From Gammaproteobacteria bacterium (GTDB lineage Bacteria; Pseudomonadota; Gammaproteobacteria; Eutrophobiales; Eutrophobiaceae): a DNA stretch of 64,000 nt. The notes beneath the pieces were generated by a model. The model saw only the letters and a program-made list of their open reading frames with translations, was not told the DNA's origin and ran no database searches. Positions 19,628 through 30,231 of the stretch are shown piece by piece (the stretch's first letter is position 1; every line of letters starts with the position of its first letter). The stretch is from contig CBDCTH010000012.1 of NCBI GenBank assembly GCA_965222155.1, positions 992,001 to 1,056,000 on the forward strand, written 5' to 3'. The position numbers were made by a program, and so were the translations under genes.

Positions 19628-20720
19628 CAGTCTGCTCGCACGCTATATCCAACGCCATTACGTCGGCGGTATGTGGTGACTCCGGCATCGGCGATGGAAA
19701 ACGGATCACGGCGTTCCGCAGGGAAGGGCGTTGATAAAGCCGGCGCGTGTATTCTTCGACTCTTGGCAGATTTTTCCACAGCAATGACAGGCCCAGCCAA
19801 TGCATACGGTACAGGCTGACTCCCCAGGTCAGATCCGCCAGGGTAAGCGCCGATCCACAAACCCAGGGGCCTTCATGGCCGGATAGCTGTTCGTTCAGGC
19901 CGTTAATGATATCCTGCGTCCGGGTACGAATCACATTCTGGAACCCGGCGTCATGTTGTAGCTTCTTGCCACCCTGTTCTTTGGAAATCTTGGCGCGATA
20001 TGCCTCCACGACCCGGGGGTCATGGCCGTTGGCGGCGATCAGTTGTTCCAGGGCCTCTACCTTGAGATCGTAAACATCGCTCATAACACCCTTGATGAAG
20101 TCGGGGCGCTGATCATCATCGGGATGAAACCCGTACAATAGTGCGGGTTGCGGCGTTTGGTCCACAATCGAGATCTGACGCAGCACCGCTTCGGCGCCGG
20201 CGGGATTCTCAGGGATCAGCCGAACAGGGTCTGGCAGTTCCTGGTCCAGGTATTCGCAAATTCGCTTTGAATCGACTACCACGCGGCTGTTCGCGTGATC
20301 AACAAGCGTGGGTACCACGCAGGCATCGAAACCTTCGGTCTCCACCGACGATACTCCCCGGTGGCCTTCGGCCAATTCAACTCCCAGTTCTTTAGCCCCG
20401 TGTAAACGAAGCCGTACATAATGTGGCGAGTAGTTTTCAGCCGGAGTCAGTTCATCCGAATAGATGCCCCGACTGTTCAAGATCACCATTTCGTGTGAGA
20501 CGTAACCGACGCACTTCTCCGCAAGTACGGTGCGCACTTTCTGCGAACAAACGGATAAGCCCGCGTGGTATAACTCAAAACGAATAGGCTCAGCGCCGTC
20601 TCCCGGAACAATGTAGTTTCGTTGCGGGTCCGTAAGCTCGGCGTTAAGCGCCGAGACCAAAGAAGCCAGGACATCTGATTCCGGTTTCATTAAGCGGTAA
20701 ACTTGCTCATTGTTGCCCAT
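19620..20720 (-). CDS. Glutathione S-transferase family protein (PcpC-like N-terminus)
   Basis: LYHAGLSVCSQKVR, VVPTLVD, DSKRICEYLD, WVCGSALTLADL; start MGNNEQ after GGAGG. Confidence 0.8.
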   Translation of the reverse strand: MGNNEQVYRLMKPESDVLASLVSALNAELTDPQRNYIVPGDGAEPIRFELYHAGLSVCSQKVRTVLAEKCVGYVSHEMVILNSRGIYSDELTPAENYSPHYVRLRLHGAKELGVELAEGHRGVSSVETEGFDACVVPTLVDHANSRVVVDSKRICEYLDQELPDPVRLIPENPAGAEAVLRQISIVDQTPQPALLYGFHPDDDQRPDFIKGVMSDVYDLKVEALEQLIAANGHDPRVVEAYRAKISKEQGGKKLQHDAGFQNVIRTRTQDIINGLNEQLSGHEGPWVCGSALTLADLTWGVSLYRMHWLGLSLLWKNLPRVEEYTRRLYQRPSLRNAVIRFPSPMPESPHTADVMALDIACEQTDE

Positions 20721-20966
20721 TAATGCCTCCTGATTATAGTCGAATTGCCACCCAGTCCCAGTGGTGCACTGAAAAAATAATGTAATATCGTTGAAAAAGC
20801 CAGAGGCGATAGACAGATCCAATAATATATACCCCTTCTTTTGCGTCTGTCGTATCATTATATTATTGCAAGAGCATTCACAACGCATCTAAAGCAAACC
20901 ATGGGTGATGTGCAGGTAGCCCTACCAGGAATAGTTTGAGACTCGTGAGTTAAAAGAAACAGAATA

Positions 20967-21057
20967 GGAGAGATGGCCGAGTGGCTTAAGGCGCACGCCT
21001 GGAAAGTGTGTATACGTTAATAGCGTATCGAGGGTTCGAATCCCTCTCTCTCCGCCA
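20967..21057 (+). tRNA. tRNA-Ser(GGA)
   Basis: GGAGAGA acceptor stem, anticodon arm CACGC-CTGGAAA-GTGTG, long variable arm, GGTTCGAATCC, 3' GCCA. Confidence 0.97.
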
Positions 21058-21246
21058 AAGCCGTTCGGATTTTTTGCTGAGATACTTTGTAACTTACTAA
21101 TACATCAAAATATACAGGTATATTTTATACTGATATTTTTACTTATCTGTGGGTATAACACGCCAATGGTTGCGTCAGACTGTGGATGAGTCTGAAATAT
21201 CGCACCTGTGGTGAGCGAGAGTTTCTTGGGGAACCGCGGTCCTGTC

Positions 21247-21310
21247 TGTTACATTTCGGTACATTTTAGGTTGTTTTCCTGCGCATAACGGTGTATGTTA
21301 CATTTCGGTA
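21247..21310. promoter_or_regulatory. Two 15-bp direct repeats, likely HipB-type operators
   Basis: TGTTACATTTCGGTA at 21247-21261 and 21296-21310. Confidence 0.6.
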
Positions 21311-21329
21311 AAAATACAGGGGCGTCACT

Positions 21330-21632
21330 ATGCACTCGCAACAGAACACCAACCCACTTTGTCCACCTTTTGGCAAGGTGCGCACCACCAAAGATCTGGG
21401 CGCACTGGCCAGGGCGATGAGAAACAGACAGAATCTGACCTTGAAAGAAGTGTACGAGGTGTCGAACTTATCCACACGGTTCCTGTCTGAGTTTGAGCGG
21501 GGCAAGCCCAATGCTTCATTACGCCGGGTCATGGAAGCGTTGCAAATTCTGGGACTGGAAATGGTGGTCCTGCCGCGCAGTGAGGCAACGCACCTCCTGA
21601 ATCTCATGCGTGTGCGCAACAGGGGGGGCTGA
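21330..21632 (+). CDS. HipB-like Xre antitoxin
   Basis: LGALARAMRNRQNLTL...STRFLSEFERGKPNASL; upstream of HipA. Confidence 0.85.
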   Translation: MHSQQNTNPLCPPFGKVRTTKDLGALARAMRNRQNLTLKEVYEVSNLSTRFLSEFERGKPNASLRRVMEALQILGLEMVVLPRSEATHLLNLMRVRNRGG

Positions 21633-21636
21633 TTAA

Positions 21637-22995
21637 GTGGCCGGCAAGACAGGTAATGTCTGGTTCGGCAACCGGCTTGTGGGGCGCATACGTGAAGATG
21701 ACGGTAGCAACGTGCGCTTCGCCTATAATCCGGGCTGGCTTGACGGCGCCGGGTTTCCGATTTCCATCAGCCTTCCCTTGTCAAACGAAGATGAAGAGGT
21801 GAATGCGCATGAATGGTTTGTGGGCCTGTTGCCGGAGGGTGATGCGCTCTTGCAGGCGTGCCGGTTGAACGCCGTCAGGCAGTCAGACCGTATGGGCATG
21901 CTGCTGGCTTGTGGCGCTGACTGTGCGGGGGCGCTGAGCATTCTTCCGTTAGATGAATCGCCGGCGGCACAAGAAGAGTCATCACGGGAACTGACAGTCG
22001 AGGAGTTAATCAGTCTGGTTAACTCATCAGGGCATAATGTGCCGACATTCCCAAGTGGTGGGATTCGTTTCTCGCTGTCGGGCGCACAACGGAAGATGGC
22101 AGTCATTTATGACAGCGGGACATATTCATTGTCCACGCGTACAAATCCATCCAGCCATATCCTGAAATTTGAGACTGTAGCAGGTGTTTGTTTTGCCGAA
22201 AGTATCACTCACACCATCGCCAGGGAAACAGGACTGCCCGTCGTGTCGCCCCGTTTTATGCAAAACTGTGACGGGGACGAACAGACCCCTTGGTTGCGTA
22301 TCCCCCGATATGACCGAACCCGGGATAAAGACGGCGCCTTGATCCGGGTGCATCAGGAGGACATGCTGCAGGCTCTGGAACTACTTCCCCTATACAAATA
22401 CCAGAGCGATGGGGGGCCGTCCATCAGGGGTATCGCGGATCTGCTGCGGGCACACGTGATGAGTCCGGTGAAGGACCTGGCGGCACTGGCCGACTGGCAG
22501 ATAATTAACGCATTGCTGGGTAACTGGGACGGTCACGCCAAGAACCTGTCACTGCTGTACCCGCCAGGGCAATCCGCACCGGTGCTGGCGCCGTGCTATG
22601 ACATGGTATCCATTGAGTATCTGAATTATGTGAATCGAGACAGCGATAACTGGTCACGGGACATGGGGCTTGCAGTCGGTGAGCACGTCAGCCCAGAGAG
22701 CATCACCCGTGCGGACTGGGAGCAGATGGCCGGCGATCTTGGCAGGCCGACAAAAACGGTACTGGCGCGTCTTGAGGAGAAGGCCAGCGTATTGCCTGAC
22801 GTGACGGACCGGGTTCTCACAGGGTTCATGGAACAGTATGGCGCTAAAGACGACTACGAGCAAATGAACAACGTGGTCAACACGCGTTGCCGCCAAGTGT
22901 TGGATTCGGTATTCCAGCGCGACGTGGAGAAGTCTACCAGATACAAAGCTGCTGAGAATAACACCGATAAAACGTCACAGCAGTCCCGTCCTTGA
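21637..22995 (+). CDS. hipA: HipA-family kinase toxin
   Basis: N-terminal PISISLP/GLLPEG, FSLSGAQRK, HILKFE, HQEDMLQAL, GNWDGHAKNLS, LAPCYD. Confidence 0.9.
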   Translation: MAGKTGNVWFGNRLVGRIREDDGSNVRFAYNPGWLDGAGFPISISLPLSNEDEEVNAHEWFVGLLPEGDALLQACRLNAVRQSDRMGMLLACGADCAGALSILPLDESPAAQEESSRELTVEELISLVNSSGHNVPTFPSGGIRFSLSGAQRKMAVIYDSGTYSLSTRTNPSSHILKFETVAGVCFAESITHTIARETGLPVVSPRFMQNCDGDEQTPWLRIPRYDRTRDKDGALIRVHQEDMLQALELLPLYKYQSDGGPSIRGIADLLRAHVMSPVKDLAALADWQIINALLGNWDGHAKNLSLLYPPGQSAPVLAPCYDMVSIEYLNYVNRDSDNWSRDMGLAVGEHVSPESITRADWEQMAGDLGRPTKTVLARLEEKASVLPDVTDRVLTGFMEQYGAKDDYEQMNNVVNTRCRQVLDSVFQRDVEKSTRYKAAENNTDKTSQQSRP

Positions 22996-23286
22996 AAACG
23001 ACTGCAACATCTGACCGTGTGATGCCGCCTAGGATGGGCGATGGCATCGTGATGCAGGTGCATCCTGTACATTCCATTATTGTGGAACACCTAGCTGTTT
23101 TTTTCATATATACGCTGGATGATCCATTGAATAACTCTATTCTAATAAGAATAGACCTGTTTTCATAACTGATTGAATAACATAGATTATTAAAAATAAC
23201 TGGAATGCTGGCTGATTATTTTTTGTACAAAATATCAGCAAATAATCCGAACGGCTTGCTATTTAACATAACGAATCTACGCTACC

Positions 23287-23991
23287 TTGGCAGCCTTTTT
23301 ATACCGGTTTTCGATCCAGATGTGGAGAAACATTCATTTGAAGATAGGCCAGTCCTGTATCATTGCTGGACTCTTTACTTTATTTATCATGGTGGCGACT
23401 AGTGCAACTGCGGAGAGAGTCAAATACACGATTGTAGACGAGAAAATCTACGATATACCGATCAAAACCCAGATTGAGCAACACATCGTAGTGTCAGGCA
23501 TTCCGACCAAAGAAGAACTCGAAATTGCGCTTCAGAAATTCTATAGCACAGCCATAGCACGCCGTGGCTTTCGTTATCACGATCGGGCAACCAATGTGTA
23601 CATTTACATTTATGGAACTCGGCAACAAGCAGAGGCAGGCCAAGCTCTTTGGGTCGGAATGCTCGCCATACCTTCAATTGACAAAGATAATCCTCGGATA
23701 ACTGTAAATGAGGACAGGTTAGCCGCTCTTGTACAGGTGCCCGAGGAGCGCTTTGGCCTCTCCGAACAAAGTCGTAAGCAGGTGAATCTTGCCTTGGGAC
23801 TTGCGGCGGACAGATCAATGCGTAACGCCATGGAGCGTATTCCAGATTCGCAATACATGGAACAAATTGAACTTGAGCGTGAACTCCTAGACCAATATAG
23901 AGCGAAAATATTGAAAAAATACGGGCTAACCTCCAAGCAACTCAATGAGATTTCACTAGAAGGGCATAGAAAAGGATGGGTGTCTAGATAA
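23287..23991 (+). CDS. Hypothetical exported protein (start uncertain)
   Basis: Long ORF with a signal-like hydrophobic segment; no motif recognised. Confidence 0.55.
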   Translation: MAAFLYRFSIQMWRNIHLKIGQSCIIAGLFTLFIMVATSATAERVKYTIVDEKIYDIPIKTQIEQHIVVSGIPTKEELEIALQKFYSTAIARRGFRYHDRATNVYIYIYGTRQQAEAGQALWVGMLAIPSIDKDNPRITVNEDRLAALVQVPEERFGLSEQSRKQVNLALGLAADRSMRNAMERIPDSQYMEQIELERELLDQYRAKILKKYGLTSKQLNEISLEGHRKGWVSR

Positions 23992-24278
23992 AGGGATTCA
24001 CGATGTCATTTTTCCTAGCGAGCTATAGTAGCGGTCAGCGTTTGCGTGATTTGCTGATTCACTGAGCGTATTTTCCGTAAGGTCCGCACCTGATTGTACA
24101 TTCGCTGGTTGCGGAATGGACGAAAGCGGCGAACCGAGTCTGATTAGTCACAGGGCAGTAATATCACTTATCATTTAACAGGCTAAAATGATAACCGCCT
24201 CTTTATGGGTTGTAAGTATTGCTTTAACCTGATATATATAGTATGATTTTATGAAACCGTAATTCATACGAGGAAATC

Positions 24279-24494
24279 ATGCGTATCTCCGAACGAGGGC
24301 AAATCACCATCCCCAAGCAGTTAAGAGACCGCTTTGGCATGGGTTGTAACGTCGAGGTCGAGATTACTCCAACCGACGACGGACTGATCATTAGGAAACG
24401 GACAGCTTCGAAGCACCCGATAGAACGAGTGTACGCTATCCTGGGCTGCAGCGGAAACACCGACGATTACATTGAAGATATCCGTGGAAGGTGA
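24279..24494 (+). CDS. AbrB/MazE-type antitoxin (VapB)
   Basis: ISERGQITIPKQLRDRFG. Confidence 0.88.
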   Translation: MRISERGQITIPKQLRDRFGMGCNVEVEITPTDDGLIIRKRTASKHPIERVYAILGCSGNTDDYIEDIRGR

Positions 24495-24886
24495 TCAGCG
24501 CCGTTGACACGAGCGTTCTGCTTGATGTGTTTCTTCCGGACGAGCGTCACGGTCCCAAGTCTAAAGAATGGCTTCGTGACGCCTATGATCGCGGTGCAAT
24601 TCTCGTCTGCGATGTGGTCTATGCGGAATTGGTACCGGCCTTCAATGATCGCCGCAGACTCGACGAGGCATTGCGAGAGATCAACGTGACCATCTCCCCA
24701 ATCGATACCGCCATCGCTTATGAGGCCGGATCGCGCTGGTTGCGATACCGTCAAGCCGGCGGACCGAGGAAGCGGATTATTTCCGACTTCCTCATCGGCG
24801 CCCATGCCACTGCTCAGGCTGATACTTTTCTTACCCGAGACCGGGGTTTCTATGCAACCTACTTCCCGGAGTTGGGGGGATTCTGA
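24491..24886 (+). CDS. PIN-domain toxin (VapC)
   Basis: VDTSVLLD, VYAEL, SDFLIGAHA, LTRDRGF. Confidence 0.9.
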   Translation: MISAVDTSVLLDVFLPDERHGPKSKEWLRDAYDRGAILVCDVVYAELVPAFNDRRRLDEALREINVTISPIDTAIAYEAGSRWLRYRQAGGPRKRIISDFLIGAHATAQADTFLTRDRGFYATYFPELGGF

Positions 24887-24899
24887 TATGGTTTGATCC

Positions 24900-26459
24900 A
24901 TGCGCTTTTATGCCGACCTTCATATCCACTCAAAATATTCCCGCGCGACCAGCAAGGATTGTGACCTGGAGCATTTAAGCCTCTGGGGGCGTAAAAAAGG
25001 TATCACCGTTATCGGCACGGGTGACTTTACCCATCCGGCCTGGTTCAGCGAATTAAAGGAAAAACTGGTTCCGGCTGAACCGGGCCTGTTTCGCTTGCGC
25101 GATGATATTGAAAAAGAAGTAGTGGCGAAATTACCGGGAAGTTGTCATGGCACAACCCGTTTTATGTTGTCGGTCGAGATATCTACCATATACAAAAAAG
25201 GTGACAAGACACGCAAGATCCATCACCTGATCTATGCGCCGAGCCTAAAGCAAGCAGAGTTTATTAACCGGAAACTCGACCGCATCGGTAATATCAAATC
25301 AGACGGGCGTCCCATCCTGGGCCTGAATTCCCGTCATTTATTAGAGATTGTGTTAGAGGCCGGTGAGGACTGTTACCTGGTGCCTGCCCATATCTGGACT
25401 CCCTGGTTTGCCGTCCTGGGATCAAAGTCCGGGTTTGATTCCATCAGCGAATGTTACGGCGACCTGGCTGAGCATATCTTTGCCGTGGAGACCGGCCTGT
25501 CGTCCGACCCGGAGATGAACTGGCGTATTTCCGATCTTGATCGCTATCGTCTGGTCTCCAACTCGGATGCTCATTCCCCGGCCAAGCTGGGACGAGAGGC
25601 TTGTATGTTCACAACCGACCTGGATTATTTTTCCATGCAGCACGCCCTGGAGACGGGTAACGGTTACGACGGCACCGCGGAATTCTTCCCCGAAGAAGGC
25701 AAGTACCACCTGGATGGGCATCGCAAGTGCAAAGTGCGCCTGTCTCCCGAAGAGAGTCGTATACTCGATGGTATCTGTCCCGTGTGCAACAAGCCGTTGA
25801 CCCTGGGCGTGATGCACCGCGTACAGGAGTTGGCTGATCGAACAGGGGAGGAAAAGCCGGAAAATACCGATCCCTTTGTTAGCCTGGTTCCCTTACCGGA
25901 GGTGATTGCCGAGACGGAGGGCGTTGATCCGAACAGTAAAAAGGTAGCAAAAGAATACGAGCAGTTGTTATACACGGAGTATGCGGCGTGGTTGTCGGCA
26001 GAGACTGGGAAGCGCTACCGCCTGCCGACGGAGGCGGAGTGGGAGTATGCGGTGCGTGCGGGCTCCACCACGAAGTACCACTTCGGGAATGACGAGGCAC
26101 AACTGTGCCAGTATGGCAATCACGCGGACACCAGTACAAACTATGAGTGGCGGAATACGGCTTGTTCTGATGATATGGGTGAACGCACTGCCGAGGTGGG
26201 GCGATACCGGTCGAATGCATTTGGTCTTTACGACATGGAGGGTAACGTGTATGAATGGGTGCAGGATTGCTGGAAGAACAGTTATGTGGGCGCGCCGGCT
26301 GATGGTCGTGCCTGGACCAGTGGCGACTGTGGCCTGCGCGTGGTTCGGGGTGGCGCCTGGGGTTACGGACCGTCGCTTTTGCGTTCCGCCTCCCGTCACG
26401 CGCTCCCTCGCTGGGGCAGCGACTCCTACCTGGGCTTTCGTCTGATCCAGGACTTGTAG
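24900..26459 (+). CDS. In-frame chimera: PHP/endonuclease-Q-like N-terminus joined near 25970 to the C-terminal part of an FGE-sulfatase (CLec) domain
   Basis: ADLHIHSKYSRATS, PAHIWTPWF, SNSDAHS, GKYHLDGHRKC, CPVC; then WLSAETGKRYRLPTEAEWEYA, NAFGLYDMEGNVYEW, RGGAW...GFRL. Confidence 0.75.
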   Translation: MRFYADLHIHSKYSRATSKDCDLEHLSLWGRKKGITVIGTGDFTHPAWFSELKEKLVPAEPGLFRLRDDIEKEVVAKLPGSCHGTTRFMLSVEISTIYKKGDKTRKIHHLIYAPSLKQAEFINRKLDRIGNIKSDGRPILGLNSRHLLEIVLEAGEDCYLVPAHIWTPWFAVLGSKSGFDSISECYGDLAEHIFAVETGLSSDPEMNWRISDLDRYRLVSNSDAHSPAKLGREACMFTTDLDYFSMQHALETGNGYDGTAEFFPEEGKYHLDGHRKCKVRLSPEESRILDGICPVCNKPLTLGVMHRVQELADRTGEEKPENTDPFVSLVPLPEVIAETEGVDPNSKKVAKEYEQLLYTEYAAWLSAETGKRYRLPTEAEWEYAVRAGSTTKYHFGNDEAQLCQYGNHADTSTNYEWRNTACSDDMGERTAEVGRYRSNAFGLYDMEGNVYEWVQDCWKNSYVGAPADGRAWTSGDCGLRVVRGGAWGYGPSLLRSASRHALPRWGSDSYLGFRLIQDL

Positions 26460-26798
26460 AATGAGAGCAGGACATGAGTGGTAAAATTGATAAAGACGGG
26501 CAGTTCCCCGCTGGGAAGGATGGACCCGGAAGATGCCGTTACCCCGGCGAAATTCCCCGGCATCCGCAACGTGTTGTGCTATCTGCCGCTGAACTGGCAA
26601 TCGATGAAGGAGATCACGGACGACTACATGTTCCTGGGTAACGAAGTGGTCTTCGACGATCTCGACGCGCTCAACCAGGCCCTGGCCTCGGACGTAATGC
26701 GGGAGGTGCAAGCAGACAGCGAACAGTTCGCCGTATTCGGCTACAGCACCCACCATGCCATGCAGCGGAGCTTGGTTTACACCCGCGACGACCGGTAG
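26460..26798 (+). pseudogene. Internally deleted copy of the selenoprotein gene (26460-26554) fused to an EthD-like 3' fragment
   Basis: 26460-26509 matches 9752-9801; 26500-26554 matches 10163-10217; then PGIRNV...EVVFDDLDALNQALAS. Confidence 0.8.
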
Positions 26799-27048
26799 CG
26801 CCGCCACAACGCGCCGCCGACCCGGCAAACTGAAAAAGAAAATCGCGGCATCAAGAGGTATGAAATCCTGCCCTCGGCATCCTTGGCTTTGACCTGGAAC
26901 TGGTTGTGGACAGAGAAGCCGGAGTACACTGATAGTTGTAAGATAAACATGTAAGGCAGAACGGTATGGATAAAGAAAAACTCAAAGCGCTTCAGGAGGT
27001 GGCTCAATTCGGATAAATTGACTTGATTATTCAAATTATCATGATAAA

Positions 27049-28212
27049 TTGAATTTTATGTTCAATCGGAACCTCACTCTGCCGGCAGCCGGAACTGAAT
27101 CATTTTTCCTTTGGGGGCCTCGCCAGACGGGAAAGAGTACGTTGTTGCGGAAAACTTACAGGGAGGCTCGCTGGATCGACTTGTTAAAGTCTGAGGAATT
27201 TCGCAGGTACCTTGCTCATCCCGAGTTTCTCCGGGAAGAAATTGAAGCAACGCCAGCAGACCCGAAGCAGCAGATCGTAATCGATGAAATCCAGAAGGTT
27301 CCCGCGCTGCTTGATGAAGTCCACTGGCTCATAGAGAATCACGGGTTACACTTTGCGCTTTGCGGTTCCAGCGCACGCAAGGTTAAGCGGGGCGCCGCCA
27401 ACCTGCTGGGTGGTAGAGCCATTCGTTACGAATTGCATGGGCTCTCCGCCAGCGAGCTTGGCAGTGAGTTTGACCTGAACCGAATGCTCAACCATGGTTA
27501 CCTCCCTCGTATATATGAAACTGACCGGCCCTATCGATTGCTTGACGCGTACATTGCTGATTACCTGAAAGAGGAAATCGCCGCGGAAGGACTGGTCCGA
27601 AACCTGCCGACGTTCTCGGACTTTCTGGACGTCGCCGCACTCAGTGACGGTCAGATGGTCAACTTCTCGAACATTGCCCGTGAATGCGGGGTATCGAGTC
27701 ATACGGCAAAGAACTACTTCCAGATTCTGGAAGACACACTGCTTGCAAGGTGGCTGCCCGCTTACAAAAAACGGCCCAAGCGTCGCGTGATTGGCGCGCC
27801 CAAGTTTTATTTTGCCGATGTTGGGGTTGTCAACCGATTAGCTCGACGTGGTGAACTGTTGACCGGATCAGAAAACTACGGCAAGGCATTCGAGAATTGG
27901 GTATTCCATGAGCTATCCGCTTACCTCAGCTACCATGAGGTTGATGCAGGGCTTTCTTACTGGCGACTCGCCAGTGGCATCGAAGTAGATTTCCTGATCG
28001 GTGATATGCAGGTTGCCATTGAAGCGAAATCGACCGTCCGCACACACAGCGATCACCTCAAAGGCTTGCGCAGCATCATTATGGACCAGCCCGGTATCAA
28101 GCGCCGGATTGCCGTTTGTCGCGAACCCCGAGCGCGTAAGACGAGCGATGGTATTGAAGTGATGCCGGCAGAGGACTTTATTAAACGACTCTGGGATGGA
28201 GGTATCATTTGA
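27049..28212 (+). CDS. AAA+ ATPase with C-terminal DUF4143 nuclease-like domain
   Basis: GPRQTGKST, IDEIQK, CGSS, PKFYFADVG, EVDFL...IEAK. Confidence 0.88.
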   Translation: MNFMFNRNLTLPAAGTESFFLWGPRQTGKSTLLRKTYREARWIDLLKSEEFRRYLAHPEFLREEIEATPADPKQQIVIDEIQKVPALLDEVHWLIENHGLHFALCGSSARKVKRGAANLLGGRAIRYELHGLSASELGSEFDLNRMLNHGYLPRIYETDRPYRLLDAYIADYLKEEIAAEGLVRNLPTFSDFLDVAALSDGQMVNFSNIARECGVSSHTAKNYFQILEDTLLARWLPAYKKRPKRRVIGAPKFYFADVGVVNRLARRGELLTGSENYGKAFENWVFHELSAYLSYHEVDAGLSYWRLASGIEVDFLIGDMQVAIEAKSTVRTHSDHLKGLRSIIMDQPGIKRRIAVCREPRARKTSDGIEVMPAEDFIKRLWDGGII

Positions 28213-28316
28213 TCTGACCCCCTCTCCGTAACCTGATCCACCTGCGGTTTAGGAATTTCCCTTAGAAACACAAGAAAAAGGTACAAATCCGGAGTTTTCT
28301 TGACAATAGCGTAGCA

Positions 28317-29648
28317 TCATCCTAACTCCTTAAAATAACGCCGCATTTCTTCCACAACCTTTGGTGCAAGTAATGTTGTCGCAGTGAGTGTCGGAATAAC
28401 CATCAGTGCAAAAGTCGTATCGATAATATTTACCGCTGTAGCCTGGTTCCAGTTCGCTGCAACGGGGATCAGCAACAAATAAATATATACGTACTGGCTC
28501 CCGATCCGTTTACCAAACAGATAGCGCGCACATTTCACGCTGTAATAGGAATAACTGATCATGGTGGATACGGCGAACAGGGCAAAAGTGAATAACAGAA
28601 CAACACTGCCTAAATAAGGCATGGTTTGTTCAAAGGCATTGGCCGTCATCGCAACGCCATTGCCGGACGGTGTGATGCCGGCACTGAGTATCACCAATGC
28701 AGTGAGGGTGCAAACAATCATCGTATCGATAAAAGGGCCTATCATAGCCACCAGTCCTTCACGGATCGGCTCCCTGGTCTGTGCAGCACCATGGGCCAGG
28801 GCTTCGGTTCCGATTCCCGCCTCATTGGAGAAAACAGCACGCTTGACCCCGGTCACTAATACCTCCTTGAAAGTGAGCCCTACTGCTCCACCCAGTATTG
28901 CCTGGCCGCCAAACGCTGCCCGGAAAATATCTGCAAACAAACCGGGGATAATCTCATAATGGGAGACAATCACCAGCATGCTTGAGAAAAAATAAAGGAT
29001 GAACATGATCGGCACCAGTCGGGATGTAGCCCTACCCACCCGCCTGATGCCACCCAGGATTACTGTTCCCACAAAAACTGTTGCGATAAGGCCGGTAATC
29101 GTTCGATCAACATCCCATTCAGCCTGTAACAGACCGGCCAGTTGATTGGCCTGGAATAAGGGTAAACAGCCCACCATGCCGCAAATTGCGAACATAAAGG
29201 CAAGAGGTCTGAATTTTGGGCCTAATCCCACTTCAATAAAATACATGGGGCCGCCCTGGGCGATGCCGTCTTCATCCTGTTGCCGGTACATACAGGCAAG
29301 CGTACAGGTGAAGAACTTTGTACACATACCCAGCAAACTTGCTACCCACATCCAGAAAATGGCGCCTGGCCCGCCCAAACTGATGGCGATAGCTACTCCC
29401 GCAATATTACCCATACCGATAGTGCCGGATAATGCCGATGACAATGCCTGGAAATGCGGGATTTCTCCGGGATCACCGGGGTTACTGAACTTGCCCCGTA
29501 ACAGATCGAAAGTATGACGTAAGCGCAGGAACGGCAGTAAACGGCAGAGAAAAGCGAAATACAATGCCGTGGCGGCAATCAGGAAAACCAGTGGCAGTCC
29601 CCAGATAAAATCCACTGCCTGTTGCCAGAAATGATCGAAGCCACTCAA
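28317..29648 (-). CDS. Alanine/glycine:cation symporter (AGCS)
   Basis: GTIGMGNIAGVA, GGPGAIFWMW, GGPMYFI, FSNEAGIGT, FIDTMIVC. Confidence 0.93.
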   Translation of the reverse strand: MSGFDHFWQQAVDFIWGLPLVFLIAATALYFAFLCRLLPFLRLRHTFDLLRGKFSNPGDPGEIPHFQALSSALSGTIGMGNIAGVAIAISLGGPGAIFWMWVASLLGMCTKFFTCTLACMYRQQDEDGIAQGGPMYFIEVGLGPKFRPLAFMFAICGMVGCLPLFQANQLAGLLQAEWDVDRTITGLIATVFVGTVILGGIRRVGRATSRLVPIMFILYFFSSMLVIVSHYEIIPGLFADIFRAAFGGQAILGGAVGLTFKEVLVTGVKRAVFSNEAGIGTEALAHGAAQTREPIREGLVAMIGPFIDTMIVCTLTALVILSAGITPSGNGVAMTANAFEQTMPYLGSVVLLFTFALFAVSTMISYSYYSVKCARYLFGKRIGSQYVYIYLLLIPVAANWNQATAVNIIDTTFALMVIPTLTATTLLAPKVVEEMRRYFKELG

Positions 29649-29759
29649 ATCATGAATACCTGAAGTTTAAATCCATAGTTATTTCCGATAAATTGCAAAA
29701 ACTAATGTGTCGAATTATAGTAGCAGAAGGATTGAAACGCGGGCAGGCAGTTGTATTGA

Positions 29760-30231
29760 TTTACTTACCAGCGCCTTATACCCGGTAACTGGCGGAGAGA
29801 ATATTTCCAGTGATCAGGTAGCAGCAGCATCGAGGGACAGAGGGCTTTGGTATGGTGCCTTACGACAAGCGTTTGCCCAATACGATTTCCTGGTCCTGCC
29901 GACTGCGCAGGTTTTCCCTTTTGATGCGGAGCTTCATTGGCCCAATCAAATCGACGGTCGTAGTATGGATACGTATCATCGCTGGATGGAAATTGTTATT
30001 CCCGGCACATTGTCCGGTTGTCCGGTTGTTAATGTGCCTGCAGGATTTAGTGGCAGGGGCCTGCCAATGGGACTGCAAATTATTGGCAAACGCTACGGAG
30101 ATTTCGCGACCCTGCAAATGGCCTACGCTTACGAACAGGCGAGTCGCTGGAACCTGGACAGGCATCCCCCCATCCTTTCTTCGTTACTGACAAAAAAGAA
30201 TCAGTCCGAACTTTCATTGGCAGCCTGCTGA
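29760..30231 (+). pseudogene. Amidase-signature enzyme, C-terminal fragment only
   Basis: YDFLVLPTAQVFPFDA...MDTYHRWME...GCPVVNVPAGFSGRGLPMGLQIIG; N-terminal catalytic region absent; 5' boundary approximate. Confidence 0.8.

Noticed and set aside
24000-24160. Possible structured ncRNA or integrase remnant
   Set aside because: Only weak pairing and no recognisable family or convincing translation.
20967-24900. Prophage or integrative element anchored at tRNA-Ser
   Set aside because: No integrase, no phage genes and no duplicate of the tRNA 3' end noticed in the window; at most an old integration hotspot.
25879-26828. Long minus-strand ORFs of 198 and 286 aa
   Set aside because: Antisense to recognisable coding sequence on the plus strand; no motifs of their own.
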